A stretch of DNA of 64,000 nucleotides, taken from assembly GCA_964019335.1 (NCBI GenBank), contig OZ025752.1, positions 1 through 64,000 of the forward strand. The letters run 5' to 3'. The notes beneath the pieces were generated by a model. The model saw only the letters and a program-made list of their open reading frames with translations, searched no databases and was not told the origin of the DNA. The DNA is from Diplonema japonicum (lineage: Eukaryota > Protista > Euglenozoa: Diplonemea). This document shows positions 44,749 through 55,657 of this stretch, one piece after another. Both the position numbers and the translations under genes were made by a program. The number at the start of each line of letters is the position of its first letter. The stretch's first letter is position 1.

Positions 44749-45668
44749 ATGTCGGAAAATGACCGCAACCAAAAAACGTGGAAGGAAAGAAAAGAAAAGA
44801 AAAATGTCGACCTCCAACAACAAGAAGGAGAAGAGGCCCCCGCCCACAAGTCCAGGACTGAGGAAGTCCTGGAGAAAGCCCGCGAGGAGCGGGTAAGGGA
44901 CAACGCCGCCGCCAGGGCGAAGCGCACGCTCGAGGAGGTGGAGAGGAAGCGTGCAGAGGGGGTCACGGTGGTGACACCCTCCCCGGGCAAGGGAAGAAGG
45001 CGGCCAGAAGGGCCAGACAGAAGGCAGCAGCTGCTGACGCTGCCACCGCCGCCGCCGCCGCCGCTTCGGGCTCCGACGATTCTGTCGTCTTAATTAGCGA
45101 GTCGCCGGGCGTTGTCACCTCGTTCACGGTCGACACGCCTGAGGTCAGGAGGGCGAGGATGAGGACTGCTGCCGCCGACACCACTGCTCCTGCGCCTGCT
45201 CCAGCCTCTACTGCTGACACCACTGCTCCTGCTCCGGCTCCAGCCCCTACTACGAGGCCTTCCAGCTGGCGAAGGCACTGGGCGGGTTGTCCCTGGGGGT
45301 GGCCCATCGCAAGGGTTGGACCGTGAGGTGCCTGCCGGAGACGGAGCAGCGTCTGAGGGAGGCCCTCGCCAAGCAGAGGACAAAGCGTCGGTACCTGCTC
45401 ACCGGAGCCCCGCTTGCTTGACTGGGCCACGGGGTCTTCACGTCGCCGTCTGCGGCAACGGCAGGTACCGCTGCCCCTTCGTACATCCTGTCCCCGCCGG
45501 TTGTCTCCCTTGACGCCGGCCCTGCGGCCCGCTGAAGTGAGTAGGGTGAGATCAACTTTTCAATTCTTTTAGTGCTTACGTTCCCTTCCCTTCTCTTCCA
45601 CTTCCTCCATGTTATCATCATCATCCGGCGTCTGGCCTTTCTCTTACCAGTATGCCAAAAACAAAAAA
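44749..45668 (+). mobile_element. Internally deleted relative of the LINE (basic/coiled N-part fused to ORF2 C-terminal tail, 3' UTR, A-rich tail)
   Basis: GVFTSPSAATAGTAAPSYILSPPVVSLDAGPAAR* matches GLFTSPSSLASTDVTAPSNVPPPPPVSLDAGPAAP of the 43263 ORF; A-rich tail at 45657-45668. Confidence 0.6.
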
Positions 45669-45675
45669 CGTAGCC

Positions 45676-46112
45676 GCTCTCCAAAGAGAAGTCATGGAGG
45701 AGCCTCTGCTCCAAGTTCAGCTCCTCCAAGAACTTGCCTGCGGCATTCAAGGCAGTCAAGGAGCTCGACGGCAGGTCATGGAGGCCACCGATGCCCCCCC
45801 TTCAACACGGCGACGCTCTTCTCACAGGCAACAAGGCTAGGGCCGATCGTCTCGGACGCTACTACGAGACGATCTGCGGAGACGACACTGTCCCTGGTCT
45901 CGACACAACAGGACAGACGCAGGAACCCTACGAGGGCGGAACGGGCTACTTCACGATGGACGAACTGCTGAGACAACTGCTCAGGACGAGAACGAAGAGT
46001 GCTGCAGGCGACGATGGAATCTTCAACGTGATGCTGATGCGTCTGGGTAGGGAATCCCTGAGAATCGTTCTACAGCTGTTCAATCTCTCCTGGGCGAGCG
46101 GGCAAGTTCCGG
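45676..46112 (+). mobile_element. LINE ORF2 fragment (APE-RT linker and RT domain 0)
   Basis: SKEKSWRSLCSKF, FTMDELL, KSAAGDDGIFNVML, LFNLSWASGQVP. Confidence 0.85.
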
Positions 46113-47035
46113 AGGGTGTACTCCAGATGATTCCTGTACCCCTCCCAGTCAGCTTTTTTGAAGCTGAATTTCTTAATGGTTGGTCCGGTTTCGTATTTCG
46201 TTCTTATCCGGATGGACATGGGTATGTGGTCAGACCCCCATGAATCGAGGGTTGTCCAGGATCTAGAGTCCATGTCTGGCCCGCTTATCACCAGGTCCGG
46301 TGATGATAAGGAACCTCTTGTGTTCAATAGTGTCGGTGTGGCTTTGTCATTCCAGGGTCGCATCCCTTTCTCGATCATCCACTTTGCGACTTTGTCACCT
46401 ATGAGGTCCTCTTTCTTTCTTCTCCCGTCCCACAGAGGGTGGTGGGCGTTGAAATCCCCCATGATTAAGGTTCTGTCCCCTGTCGGGAGTGTGTTCGGGT
46501 TGAAGTAGGTGTCGATGCTCGGTCTGTCATCGCTCGGATCTGACGGCGATGTTGGTGGAAGGTAGATGTTCACCAGGAGGATCTCCTTTTGACCTGGCGG
46601 GTATATCTTGACGTCCAGTCTTTCCGTCACGTCATTTTTCTTCTCCTTCCTTTCGACACCGCTAGCGTTGATGCCTTCTTTCACGAGAGTCAGTAAGCCG
46701 CCCCCTTTTATGGGGAAATTCCTCCTTCTCGGTCGCGTCCTGTCTCTTCGGAAAGCTCTGTACCCTTCGAACCAGCCGTACCGGATCGCATCGTCTGATG
46801 TTAGGTGTGTCTCTTGGAGACACAGGATGTCCGGCGCTGTTTCTTCGATAGCCTTCTCGATTTCGGCCTTCCTAGCTCTGAGGGACCTCACGTTCAGCGA
46901 GACTATCTTCAGCCATCCGTCTTTCGCGGCTGGCCCCGGGTTCTGCTCGACGTCACCGCACGCCAAGATGTCCATATCATGTGGTCCGCAACCTTTGCGC
47001 ATCTTTCTCGGTGTGGTCGAGGGTCGTTTCAGCAT
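46113..47035 (-). CDS. LINE ORF2 5' part: 2A peptide plus AP endonuclease, broken at ~46113
   Basis: DILACGDVEQNPGP; SLNVRSL, DILCLQETHL, RRDR..GGGL, NIYLPP, GDFNAHHPLW, SSPDL, GSDHIP, KKADW. Confidence 0.92.
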
Positions 47036-47532
47036 GTATGTCACTCTGCCTTTGTGGTCACCCCTACCTTCAGGTCTTCGAAGATAGGGTTGTACGACTT
47101 GGGGGGGGCCGGCCCTAACAGACCTTACGTCGCCACCACTAACGCCTTGTCCCGTTTGGACACCCCTATACGTGCGGGGCCGGCCAGGATTTAGCCGCGA
47201 GTTGTAGCCAAGTCGTACGAGCTTCCTTCGCGCAGAGAGATGACATTGCTGTGACCCGTTGTCGTCGTCGTCGTCGTGTATTATTTTTTTTTTATTTATA
47301 TATTTTTTTTTTGTTGTTTTTTTTTTTTTCTCTTGTTCTTTTATTTTCTTTATGTTTTTTTTTTTGTTTTTGTTTTTTTTTTTATGGTTTTTTTTTTTTT
47401 TTTTTTTTTTTATTATTTTTTTTTTTGTAGACGAATTGGGGGGTTGGGGGCTTAATAGGGAAACACTTTCTTTTTTCTTTTTTTTTTCTTTCTTATCTAT
47501 TATGGTAAAATGGAAAAAACTTATCACCTTTT

Positions 47533-48905
47533 TCACCTCTTCTTTGATTTTCCGCCTTTCCCGGACTTCTTCGCTGTGTCCGGTGTGCTCGGTGTCGGCG
47601 ATGTCGAGGTGGAGGAGGAGGTTGTCCCCTTCGAACCCTTCGAGCCCCCTGGTGCGTAGGGCGCTGCCTTCAGCGACACCTTTGCAGAGGCCCATTCCTG
47701 GCCCCTGCGCCTTCCTGGTTTTGCTCCGGCGGGAGTGTCTTCCAACTCCGTTTCCGAGCCCGAGGATGGCTGGTGTTGCTGTGGGGTGTTCGGTTCCAGC
47801 TCCGGTCCGATGAATTTGGACGGTGTCGGGGCTGTGGGTGTGGCGGTGGTTTGGGCCTTTTTGGCCTTTAGGGCCGTTCTTCTGGCGGTGTCCCTCGCGT
47901 CCCGCTCCTCCTGCTTGGCCATCATGGCACGCACCCCTTTCTCCAGAGCCTCCTGTTGACTCCTCAGCTGCTCCATCAGAGCCGGGAGGCTGGTCCTGAT
48001 CTCTGCCAGACCCTCTCCCTGCTTCCGCAGCTCCTCCCCCTGCACACTTACCTGTTTCTGCAGGGGTTGGATGCTGGTCTGGACGGCTGCCAGTCCTTCC
48101 CCCTGCTTCAGCACCGCCTCCCCTTGCGCACTGACCTGTTTCTGCAGGGCCGGGTAACTGGACTGTGCTTCTGCCAGAGACGCCCTCTGTCTCTGCAGTT
48201 CCTCTCTCTGCGCGGTGATCTCCTGTCTCTGCGCCGAGAGTTCGGCCCTCTGCGCCGCAACTTCTTGATGCAGATTCTGCATCTGGGCTACCATATCTGG
48301 CGAGATTGTTGCTGTTGTTGGGGGGGCTCCTGTGTGTTTTTTTGGGGTGTGGCGGTCCTCTTCCTCCACTCTTCTACTGCCTTGCAGTAGAGCTGCCACC
48401 CTACCGACCGGCCGTAGAATTCCAGAAATTCTTCTGGGCTGTACCTGTCTTGGTGGACTTTTGTTCTTTTTTTTTTTTCTTCCCCCTTCCTCGACCACTT
48501 CTTCCCTCCTGCAGCCCTGGACTCCAGGGGGTCGGCCACCTTTATCGCCGGCAGGACTTCTGCCGTGGCGCCGTTCACCTTGATGCAGGTGTGGTGGGGG
48601 GGGGTGCGTGCGGTGTAGAGGAGGAAGGACGCGCCTTCCGTCGTCAGGATGACGACCTTCTCGGTCTGCTCTGAGACCGTTGCTGCGAGAATCGCAGCTG
48701 CGCCCTTCTCCTCCACTCCCTTCGGCAGCGGACCGATGATCCAGTTGCCCTTCCGCACCTCGTCCTTTTTCTCCTTCTTCTTCTCTTCTTCTTCTTCGAA
48801 TACCAGATTTAACTCTGGCATCGCCGCGGCGTCTTCGTCCACCTGCATCTGCAGGCTGTCCAGTGGGGGCCTCGTGGAGGCGTCCACGCTGGTCTGCTGA
48901 TCCAT
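47533..48905 (-). CDS. Probable LINE ORF1 (coiled coil, basic tail) in two overlapping frames
   Basis: ATG at 48905; 48288..48905 and 47533..48498 overlap in a -1 relationship; heptad repeats; lies upstream of the 2A-APE ORF on the same strand. Confidence 0.6.
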
Positions 48906-49012
48906 TTTTATAAATTTTTATTAAAATTTATTATGTGATAGTGTATCAGACCCCCCACCTAATTTTTTTAATAATAATAATAATAAATGAACCACTGACA
49001 TGCGAAGCAAAG

Positions 49013-49211
49013 NNNNNNNNNNNNNNNNNNNNNNNNNNNNNNNNNNNNNNNNNNNNNNNNNNNNNNNNNNNNNNNNNNNNNNNNNNNNNNNNNNNNNNNN
49101 NNNNNNNNNNNNNNNNNNNNNNNNNNNNNNNNNNNNNNNNNNNNNNNNNNNNNNNNNNNNNNNNNNNNNNNNNNNNNNNNNNNNNNNNNNNNNNNNNNNN
49201 NNNNNNNNNNN
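49013..49211. other. Assembly gap (~200 N)
   Basis: Run of N. Confidence 1.
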
Positions 49212-49409
49212 NTTTTTTTTTTTCCCTTTTTAAATCCACCGCTCTCGTTTACAAAAGAAATGTACTTTTTTTTTTCCTCCTTTTTTTTTTTTAAAACCCC
49301 TCCCCTCACCTACATCCCCATTCCCTCAACTTGGTTGCTTTACTATTTTTTTTTTTCTTTAAAAAAAAAAAAAAAAAAAAAAAAATACAGCAAAGAAAAA
49401 AAAAAAAAA

Positions 49410-50039
49410 ATGGTAAGACAGGGAAAGCAACAGCTTCAGAAATACCCAGGAGGCAGCAGTGAAGTCGTTGCCCTTGATATGGCAGGAGACTCATACAATG
49501 ACGAAGCAGAAGAGGAGCGAAAAGCATTCAAACAGAAATTAGTGCGAAGCCTGGTTTTCGGCGCGGTTGATGGGATGGGCACAACTATAACCTTGGTATG
49601 GGGGGCTGCTCCGCTGGGAGATGCGGTGGGGGACGATGCGTTGCTCTCTCTCGGTGTGGGTAACCTTCTAGCTAAGGGCGTTTCCATGGGCATAGGTGAC
49701 TACCTTGGGTCGCAAGCCGAAAACAAAATAACCGGCAACAGCAACACACACTCCTTCCGGTCTGGTATTGTGATGTTCTCCTCTTTCGTCATCTTCGGCG
49801 GCCTCCCGCTCTTCGCCCTCCTCCCAGCAGCACCCCTGCAGTCCCGGCATCAGTTTCTTTGCGCGTTCTGTGCCATCTCTCTCTTTTCGTTAGGGATCGT
49901 CAAGTCACGTCTTACCTCAACACCCGCATGGTCTTCAGGACTGTTAATGATGTCAGCTGGCGGTGCTGCTGCTGCTGCCTCTTACATCATAGGCCACGCT
50001 GTCCATAGTTTACTGGGAGTGCCTGATGAGGTGGGGTAA
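49410..50039 (+). CDS. VIT1/CCC1-family Fe/Mn transporter (short VTL-like form)
   Basis: RSLVFGAVDGMGTT, GNLLAKGVSMGIGDYLGSQAE, MFSSFVIFGGLPL; about five TM helices. Confidence 0.88.
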   Translation: MVRQGKQQLQKYPGGSSEVVALDMAGDSYNDEAEEERKAFKQKLVRSLVFGAVDGMGTTITLVWGAAPLGDAVGDDALLSLGVGNLLAKGVSMGIGDYLGSQAENKITGNSNTHSFRSGIVMFSSFVIFGGLPLFALLPAAPLQSRHQFLCAFCAISLFSLGIVKSRLTSTPAWSSGLLMMSAGGAAAAASYIIGHAVHSLLGVPDEVG

Positions 50040-50622
50040 AGGGGAGGAGGAAGAAAAAAAAAATGTTGATTTACCAACCAACATATAAACTTTTGCCATT
50101 TTTTTTTTTTTTTTTTGTATCTTACAGAGCAGTGGTAACATTGCAGGACTTATCTCGGGGGGGGGTTTTTTTTTGTAATTGTGTGCACAAACAGAATACT
50201 ACAATAATAATAAGTACCGACTCCCCCCCCTTTTTTTTTCTTCTTCTCTCCTTTGCAATATTTGGGTGAAACAGAAAGAGGACAACACAAATTATTCGTC
50301 CCCTAGTAAAGTTCCTACACCATCTCTCTCTTTTTTTTTTTTTTTTTTTTGTTTGTTTGTTTGTTTTGTACAACGACAAAATAAATAAAATAAAAATGTT
50401 ACTTTAAAACAATGCCAACCCTTAGAGGCCGTCAAGCGCTACTGCAAGAGCAGATAAATGGGTGGTTCCCCCCCTCTGGCCTTCCCAACCTAAAGTTCCA
50501 CATCCAAACAATAGCTTCTCGAGTCCGTTTTCAGAAGAAAAGAATGGAATGGAATTTTTTTTTTTCGAAGAACACGCGTCCTTTAAAAAATGGGTGTTTT
50601 TCTTCTTCTTTTTTTTTTTCCA

Positions 50623-50925
50623 GGTGGTGTGGGGATAACATGGAAATATAAAGAAGTACATCAAATGTGTTGTTCGCTGTTGACCTCCTCGTCGGTCATC
50701 ACTGGTAGCGCCCGAGTGGAAGAACGTATCGCAGATGCTCAGGGTGATGAACAGGCAGCAAACTGAATAAGCGCCGAATCTTGGTTGCTCGAGTCGCTCC
50801 GGCCGGGGTTAAGCTGCACACCGCACGCATTAAGGACACGACGCGGAACAGCTAGGCCCTGTAATCAAAAAGACAGTTCTTGTGCAGGGCGCCGCCAACA
50901 CCGGCCTCCTTTAACTCTTATACAT
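50623..50925 (+). repeat. Solo dispersed copy of the ~300-bp module of the 8.7-16.7 kb array
   Basis: Colinear match from GGGGATAACATGGAAATAT to CCTCCTTTAACTCTT. Confidence 0.85.
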
Positions 50926-51476
50926 ATTTTTTGGGGCTGAGGCCGCAGGACAAGCTGGTAAGCGCGAAAACGTGGGCCTTGGGGGGGAGGGGGGGGGGGT
51001 AATTGATTTATGAAATTTTCCCGATTTTGGGTCTTTGTTGGCATTGGATCGAACATGCTGGGGTCATCAGAGGCATGCACCCTTCGGTCTAGTCGTTGGC
51101 AGGGAAGGCTGACCTTGTGAGCACACTTCCTTTTCTCCCCGGCGTCACGGACAGTCACACCTTTCAGTCCTCTTGGGATAATCCTATGGAGGGCTGTGGC
51201 AGACGGAGGCTTTCTCACTTCAGTTGTCGTCTGGAATCGGTGGTTGCAAACGTCACACGTCAGTGCTGGGTTTTCCTGCCTGGAACTTTTTTCCACCAGT
51301 CGTCCAGTGGACTGACATGCCGCTGTTTATCTCTCTTTCAGCTTCGGCTTGTATCCCTCGGTAACAAAAAAACCATCCCTTCTCCAGAAAGGGGGCCACC
51401 GGACCCATGACTACATCGTCATCGCGGTCTAGAAGCAGTTGGTTACACAGGGGTTAAATGTCTGTTTTTTTTTTTT

Positions 51477-51522
<46 letters not shown>

Positions 51523-51700
51523 AGTCCCTGCCGTGTCTCACCTTCGGCGATATTTATCGAAACGAAAGGGAAGTTCAAGGGGAGTTGGGGGGGGTTTTTT
51601 TTCTCTTTTTTGTTTTCTTTTTTTTTTAATTTGGTTTTTTTCTTCTTCGTATTCTCTCTGTTTCGTTCTCTTTATTTCATTTTATTATTTTTCGTCTGGG

Positions 51701-51734
<34 letters not shown>

Positions 51735-51775
51735 AAGCCCCCTCGGGATACAAAAAGAAAAAGAAAAAAAAGAAC

Positions 51776-51999
51776 ATGTCTTTGCCGATTCCTCCCAGCA
51801 CGCACCCTGCCTCTGCAACAGGCCACATTCCCCATGATTCCATCGGCCCACTGCCTCCACACTTGGCGGACATCGGTACCCCGGAGGTGTGTCGTAAAAT
51901 TCAAAAAAAAAAAAAACTGTTTTTTTTTTTTTTTTACAGAGGCAAAGGTCCCCCGTGTACGGTGGATCCCCTTTGGCTGGCAGCCCTGTGGTATGGATT

Positions 52000-52034
<35 letters not shown>

Positions 52035-52996
52035 CCCAGCTTACCTCTGCTGCGCCTGTGTACCACTCCTCCCCCGTGTCGCATCCTGTGGTGACTACAT
52101 CGTACTCTTCTCCGCTCCACACGTCGACCGCCATGAGGGGTGGTGGTGACTCGATCCCCCCTGCACACGGGAAGACATACGAGCAGGAGGTGAACGAGTT
52201 CCTCGACCAGACAAGCCCGGCAAGGATCAGGGAGCAGAGCCACACCTCCCTCCCTCCTGACTCCTACATGCAGAAGGCAAACCATGAATCCATTACCAAC
52301 GAGAGCTCCCCCGCGAGAACAAGGTCGGGATCGCCATATGTCCCAACAAGTGTGCCATACCAGCAAAGCTCTACATATGTAGCACCAGTACCCGTACCTC
52401 CTGTGCACTACTCGCAGCCGAGATATGACACGATGGCTGGGAGGAGCGGTGGGGACTCGATCCCCCCTGTGCATGGCAAGACTTATGAGCAGGAGGTGAA
52501 CGAGTTCCTCGACCAGACAAGCCCGGCCAGGATTAGGGAGCAGAGCCACACCTCCCTCCCTCCTGACTCCTACATGCAGAAGGCAAACCATGAATCGGTG
52601 ACTAACGAGAGCTCGCCTGCTAGACAGCACAGCCAGTCACCTGGGTACCAGCCTAGTACAACTTCTTACCAGCCTGCTTACGTTGCTCCCGTTTCTCCTG
52701 GGGGGTATGTTGCCCCTGCCTCTCCTGGGGGATATGTTTCTCAAACGGAATATGTCCCAATTGTGACCTCCAGCCCTGGTCATGGCAGCCCGGGACGTGG
52801 GGATCTCGGGACAGTGGCGCCACCTGGCCCCGGGATTCCTGGGGATGGTGAGTCCCCAAGGAGGATAAGGGCGTTCGGGGCACCGCATTCCGACCCTTGT
52901 ATGTAACCCAAATTGAGGGGAAAAAAAAAAAAAAAAAAAAAAAAAAAAGATGCTGCAAACCAGTCTGTTGCACGAAGCTCCGTCCCGAGATACTAA
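51776..52996 (+). CDS. Pro/Ser/Tyr-rich disordered protein with a ~59-aa internal duplication; introns 51887-51939, 51991-52039, 52899-52949
   Basis: GT-AG splicing removes homopolymer stretches and keeps frame; duplicated GGDSIPP.HGKTYEQEVNEFLDQTSPAR...ESSPAR with mostly synonymous differences. Confidence 0.75.
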
Positions 52997-53245
52997 GTAA
53001 CAAGGGGGGAAAAAATAAATAAATAGAAAAACTGGAAAGGAAAAAAAAAAAAAAACTTCGTTAACTCGATGGTGATTTTTTTTTTTTTGAGAGATTTCTT
53101 TTTTTTTTCCCCTGCCCCTGTTCCTCGCACTTGTATTGTTTTGTAAACCTCAATATAAACCCCCCCCCTCCTCCTTTCTCCCTTTGTTTGTCCCCATTTT
53201 GCACACCCCTTGTATCGTCTTTGTGCCCGAGACTCTGACCCTACA

Positions 53246-53300
<55 letters not shown>

Positions 53301-53622
53301 AAAGCACCTACACGTATAAACAAACGGTCAGTCCCTCCTTTCCCCCCCCGTTCTTTTTTTTTTTTCTCTTTCAAACTTTGAAAGGGGGAAAAAAAAAAAG
53401 AACGTGGGGGGGAAAAAAAAAAAAGAAGGGAAAATCTAGTTAAAAAAAATTCGGGGGGGAAAAAAAAATGTGTGTTTTTTTATTTTTATTTTTATTTTTT
53501 TTTTTATATTCTCCTTGTTTTCCCCCCCTCCTCCCCCCCCTTTTTTTTTCCGAGTTTTTTTTTTTTCCGAGTTTTTTTCCCCCACTCAATCAAAGCAAAA
53601 AAAAAAAAAAAAAAAAAAAAAA

Positions 53623-55335
53623 ATGTCGGAAACCACCGGCGGTGATATAGCCCTGCTGCAGCACACACTAAGGGCGTGGGAACACGGATGCAGGTCCATG
53701 GAGTGCCCCGGGTGCGGGAAGCTAAGCCCGTCTCCGCAAACAGACTTCTCAGAATGCACCGTCTGCAGGTACTGCGGAAAATGCTGCTCGGAAAAAACCG
53801 AGTGTCAAGCCGGCTGGGGACAAACCCCGCACAACAACACAGTTCACTGGACCCACGCAGGTGACAGCATCACAGTACACCCCACAACACCCATCGGGTC
53901 CGTCTCCGTACAGATAAACTCATCACCGCCAATACAATCTTGGAGGCTCGTCTACACCCTCAAGGACAACGCACCGCGAATCAACATCGGCAACAGATGC
54001 GCGATCCATGTGGCAACAATATTCCTCCCAACAGACCACTCCGAGATCTCAAGAATACTTCGAAAGCTCGTCATGCTGCTCAACACAAACGGAGTCTCAC
54101 ACAAAATCCCGCTGTCTGTGGACGACAACTTCAACAAGCTCCCAATGTACTATGGAACGCTGACGAACGAAGAAATTCTGTCTTGTGTTATGTCCCCTCG
54201 TGGGGACTTCACTTTTACCTACCATCGGGACGGATCGGCAAGGATGATGACAACACGGGGTCAGGGTAGTTTGTTATGGACACGGCGGAAGCCGAGAAAA
54301 GTTGAGCTACCTGTCGTTCCCTCGCAGTTGATCGACCTCTCGCCCTGTCTCGGTAAGGTAGTTCTCGCTGGTGCACCGTGTCTTATTGTGTCGGCTTCGA
54401 ACGGAGCATTACTAACGGAACTCCGCGAGGCTGGTGAAGAAGGATACTATCTTCAAACTGTTTGCGTGACGTTCTCCCCGTGCGGGAGGTACGTTGCGGT
54501 CCTTAACGAAAGGTGTATTGTGACCGTCCACTCCGTGTCCGGCGGTGATGTGGTGTCAAGAACGGATTTAATGCTGCTTTCAAAGGTAGAAACCGCGCCT
54601 CTGTACATATCCTTCTCCTCGTCAGGAGGTGTCTTGTCAACTGTTTACCCTGAACACATTGCCATTATCACATCATGGAGGCTGTCCAAATCAGCATTAC
54701 AGAGCATTAAAGTGAATGGGGCACCCGTTTCGGTAGAATTCGACCCAAACGACGCGTTTCTTCTAACTGGATGCAGCGACGGTGGGCTGTTGTTGCACAG
54801 TACTGTGGACGGTGTTTTGATATGTGGTGTCCGGCATCCGGTTCTTACTGAGAAGAAGCTTGTCAAGGCGACCTTCCACGACAATGGGAGCAAGGCGGTT
54901 TCTATGCTGTCAGATGGGTCTTTGTGGGTCTGGGCGGTTTCTAAGAAACGGATGGTGTTGCTTACAAAAACCGACCCCCACCGCCGGTACCCTGGGCCAT
55001 ATTTGAATTTCGACCTTGCTCCAAGAGGCAGGGTTTTGCAAGCCATTTCAGGTGGATTTATTTGCGTTAACAGCCTTCCATACGCCGCGCACACACCCAT
55101 ACTTATGGACACATCGTCTGTGTACCTTGCTAGGGCTGTTCACCAGCAGGCTGGGCAACGGTCTTTGTTGCTTTTTCTGCAATGGCAGCTCAACTTGAAC
55201 TCGCATGCGTTGCCTGTCGGGGTCACCGTGTTGAAGTCTCTAGATAGAAGCTTGCTGTTGAACATTTCCCAGTTTGTGCCGGATCCTTGTTACGGTGATG
55301 TGCAGGAGGAAGGCACGATGTGCTCTGTCATGTGA
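53623..55335 (+). CDS. Cys-rich N-terminus plus WD40-like repeats, C-terminal CaaX (CSVM)
   Basis: CPGC..CTVCRYCGKC; CVTFSPCGRYVA, SVEFDPNDAFLLTGCSDGGLLL, SDGSLWVW. Confidence 0.75.
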   Translation: MSETTGGDIALLQHTLRAWEHGCRSMECPGCGKLSPSPQTDFSECTVCRYCGKCCSEKTECQAGWGQTPHNNTVHWTHAGDSITVHPTTPIGSVSVQINSSPPIQSWRLVYTLKDNAPRINIGNRCAIHVATIFLPTDHSEISRILRKLVMLLNTNGVSHKIPLSVDDNFNKLPMYYGTLTNEEILSCVMSPRGDFTFTYHRDGSARMMTTRGQGSLLWTRRKPRKVELPVVPSQLIDLSPCLGKVVLAGAPCLIVSASNGALLTELREAGEEGYYLQTVCVTFSPCGRYVAVLNERCIVTVHSVSGGDVVSRTDLMLLSKVETAPLYISFSSSGGVLSTVYPEHIAIITSWRLSKSALQSIKVNGAPVSVEFDPNDAFLLTGCSDGGLLLHSTVDGVLICGVRHPVLTEKKLVKATFHDNGSKAVSMLSDGSLWVWAVSKKRMVLLTKTDPHRRYPGPYLNFDLAPRGRVLQAISGGFICVNSLPYAAHTPILMDTSSVYLARAVHQQAGQRSLLLFLQWQLNLNSHALPVGVTVLKSLDRSLLLNISQFVPDPCYGDVQEEGTMCSVM

Positions 55336-55657
55336 ACGGGAGAGGGAAGAACCAAAAAAAAAAAAAAATAAATAAAAAAAAATAAAATAAAAATGTAATA
55401 GATTTTCTTTCCCATCTTCCCCCCCACCCTCGGTTTCTTTCCGTTGTTGCGAGCCCCCCCCCCTTTTTTTCGATAAAAATACACGAGATTCAAGGGGGTG
55501 GAGGGAAAAAAAAAAAAAAAAAAAAAAAACTAATCTGCTTTTTTTTTTGGGAGAAAAAAAAAAAAAAAAGTGTTTTCCCTCTTTTTTTTTTTCTTTTTTT
55601 TTTTTTCAAATTTCTCAAAAAAAAAAAAAGAAAAAAAGAAGAAAAAAAAAAAAAGGA

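Noticed and set aside
45419-45421. TGA at a Trp-equivalent position suggesting an alternative genetic code
   Set aside because: Single site in a decayed element; intact genes use TGG for Trp and terminate at TAA, TAG or TGA
47101-47190. HDV-like ribozyme or Pr77 signature from GGCCGGC/GCCGGCC
   Set aside because: No P3-L3 directly before P1' and no GG after it; topology does not fit
50790-50850. CTPHALR as a tyrosine-recombinase motif in the 300-bp module
   Set aside because: Too short, with stops nearby and no other YR motifs
50418-51456. piggyBac-like deleted element (CCCTTAGA...AGGGGTTAA, Cys-rich remnant)
   Set aside because: TIRs do not match convincingly and the left TTAA is missing
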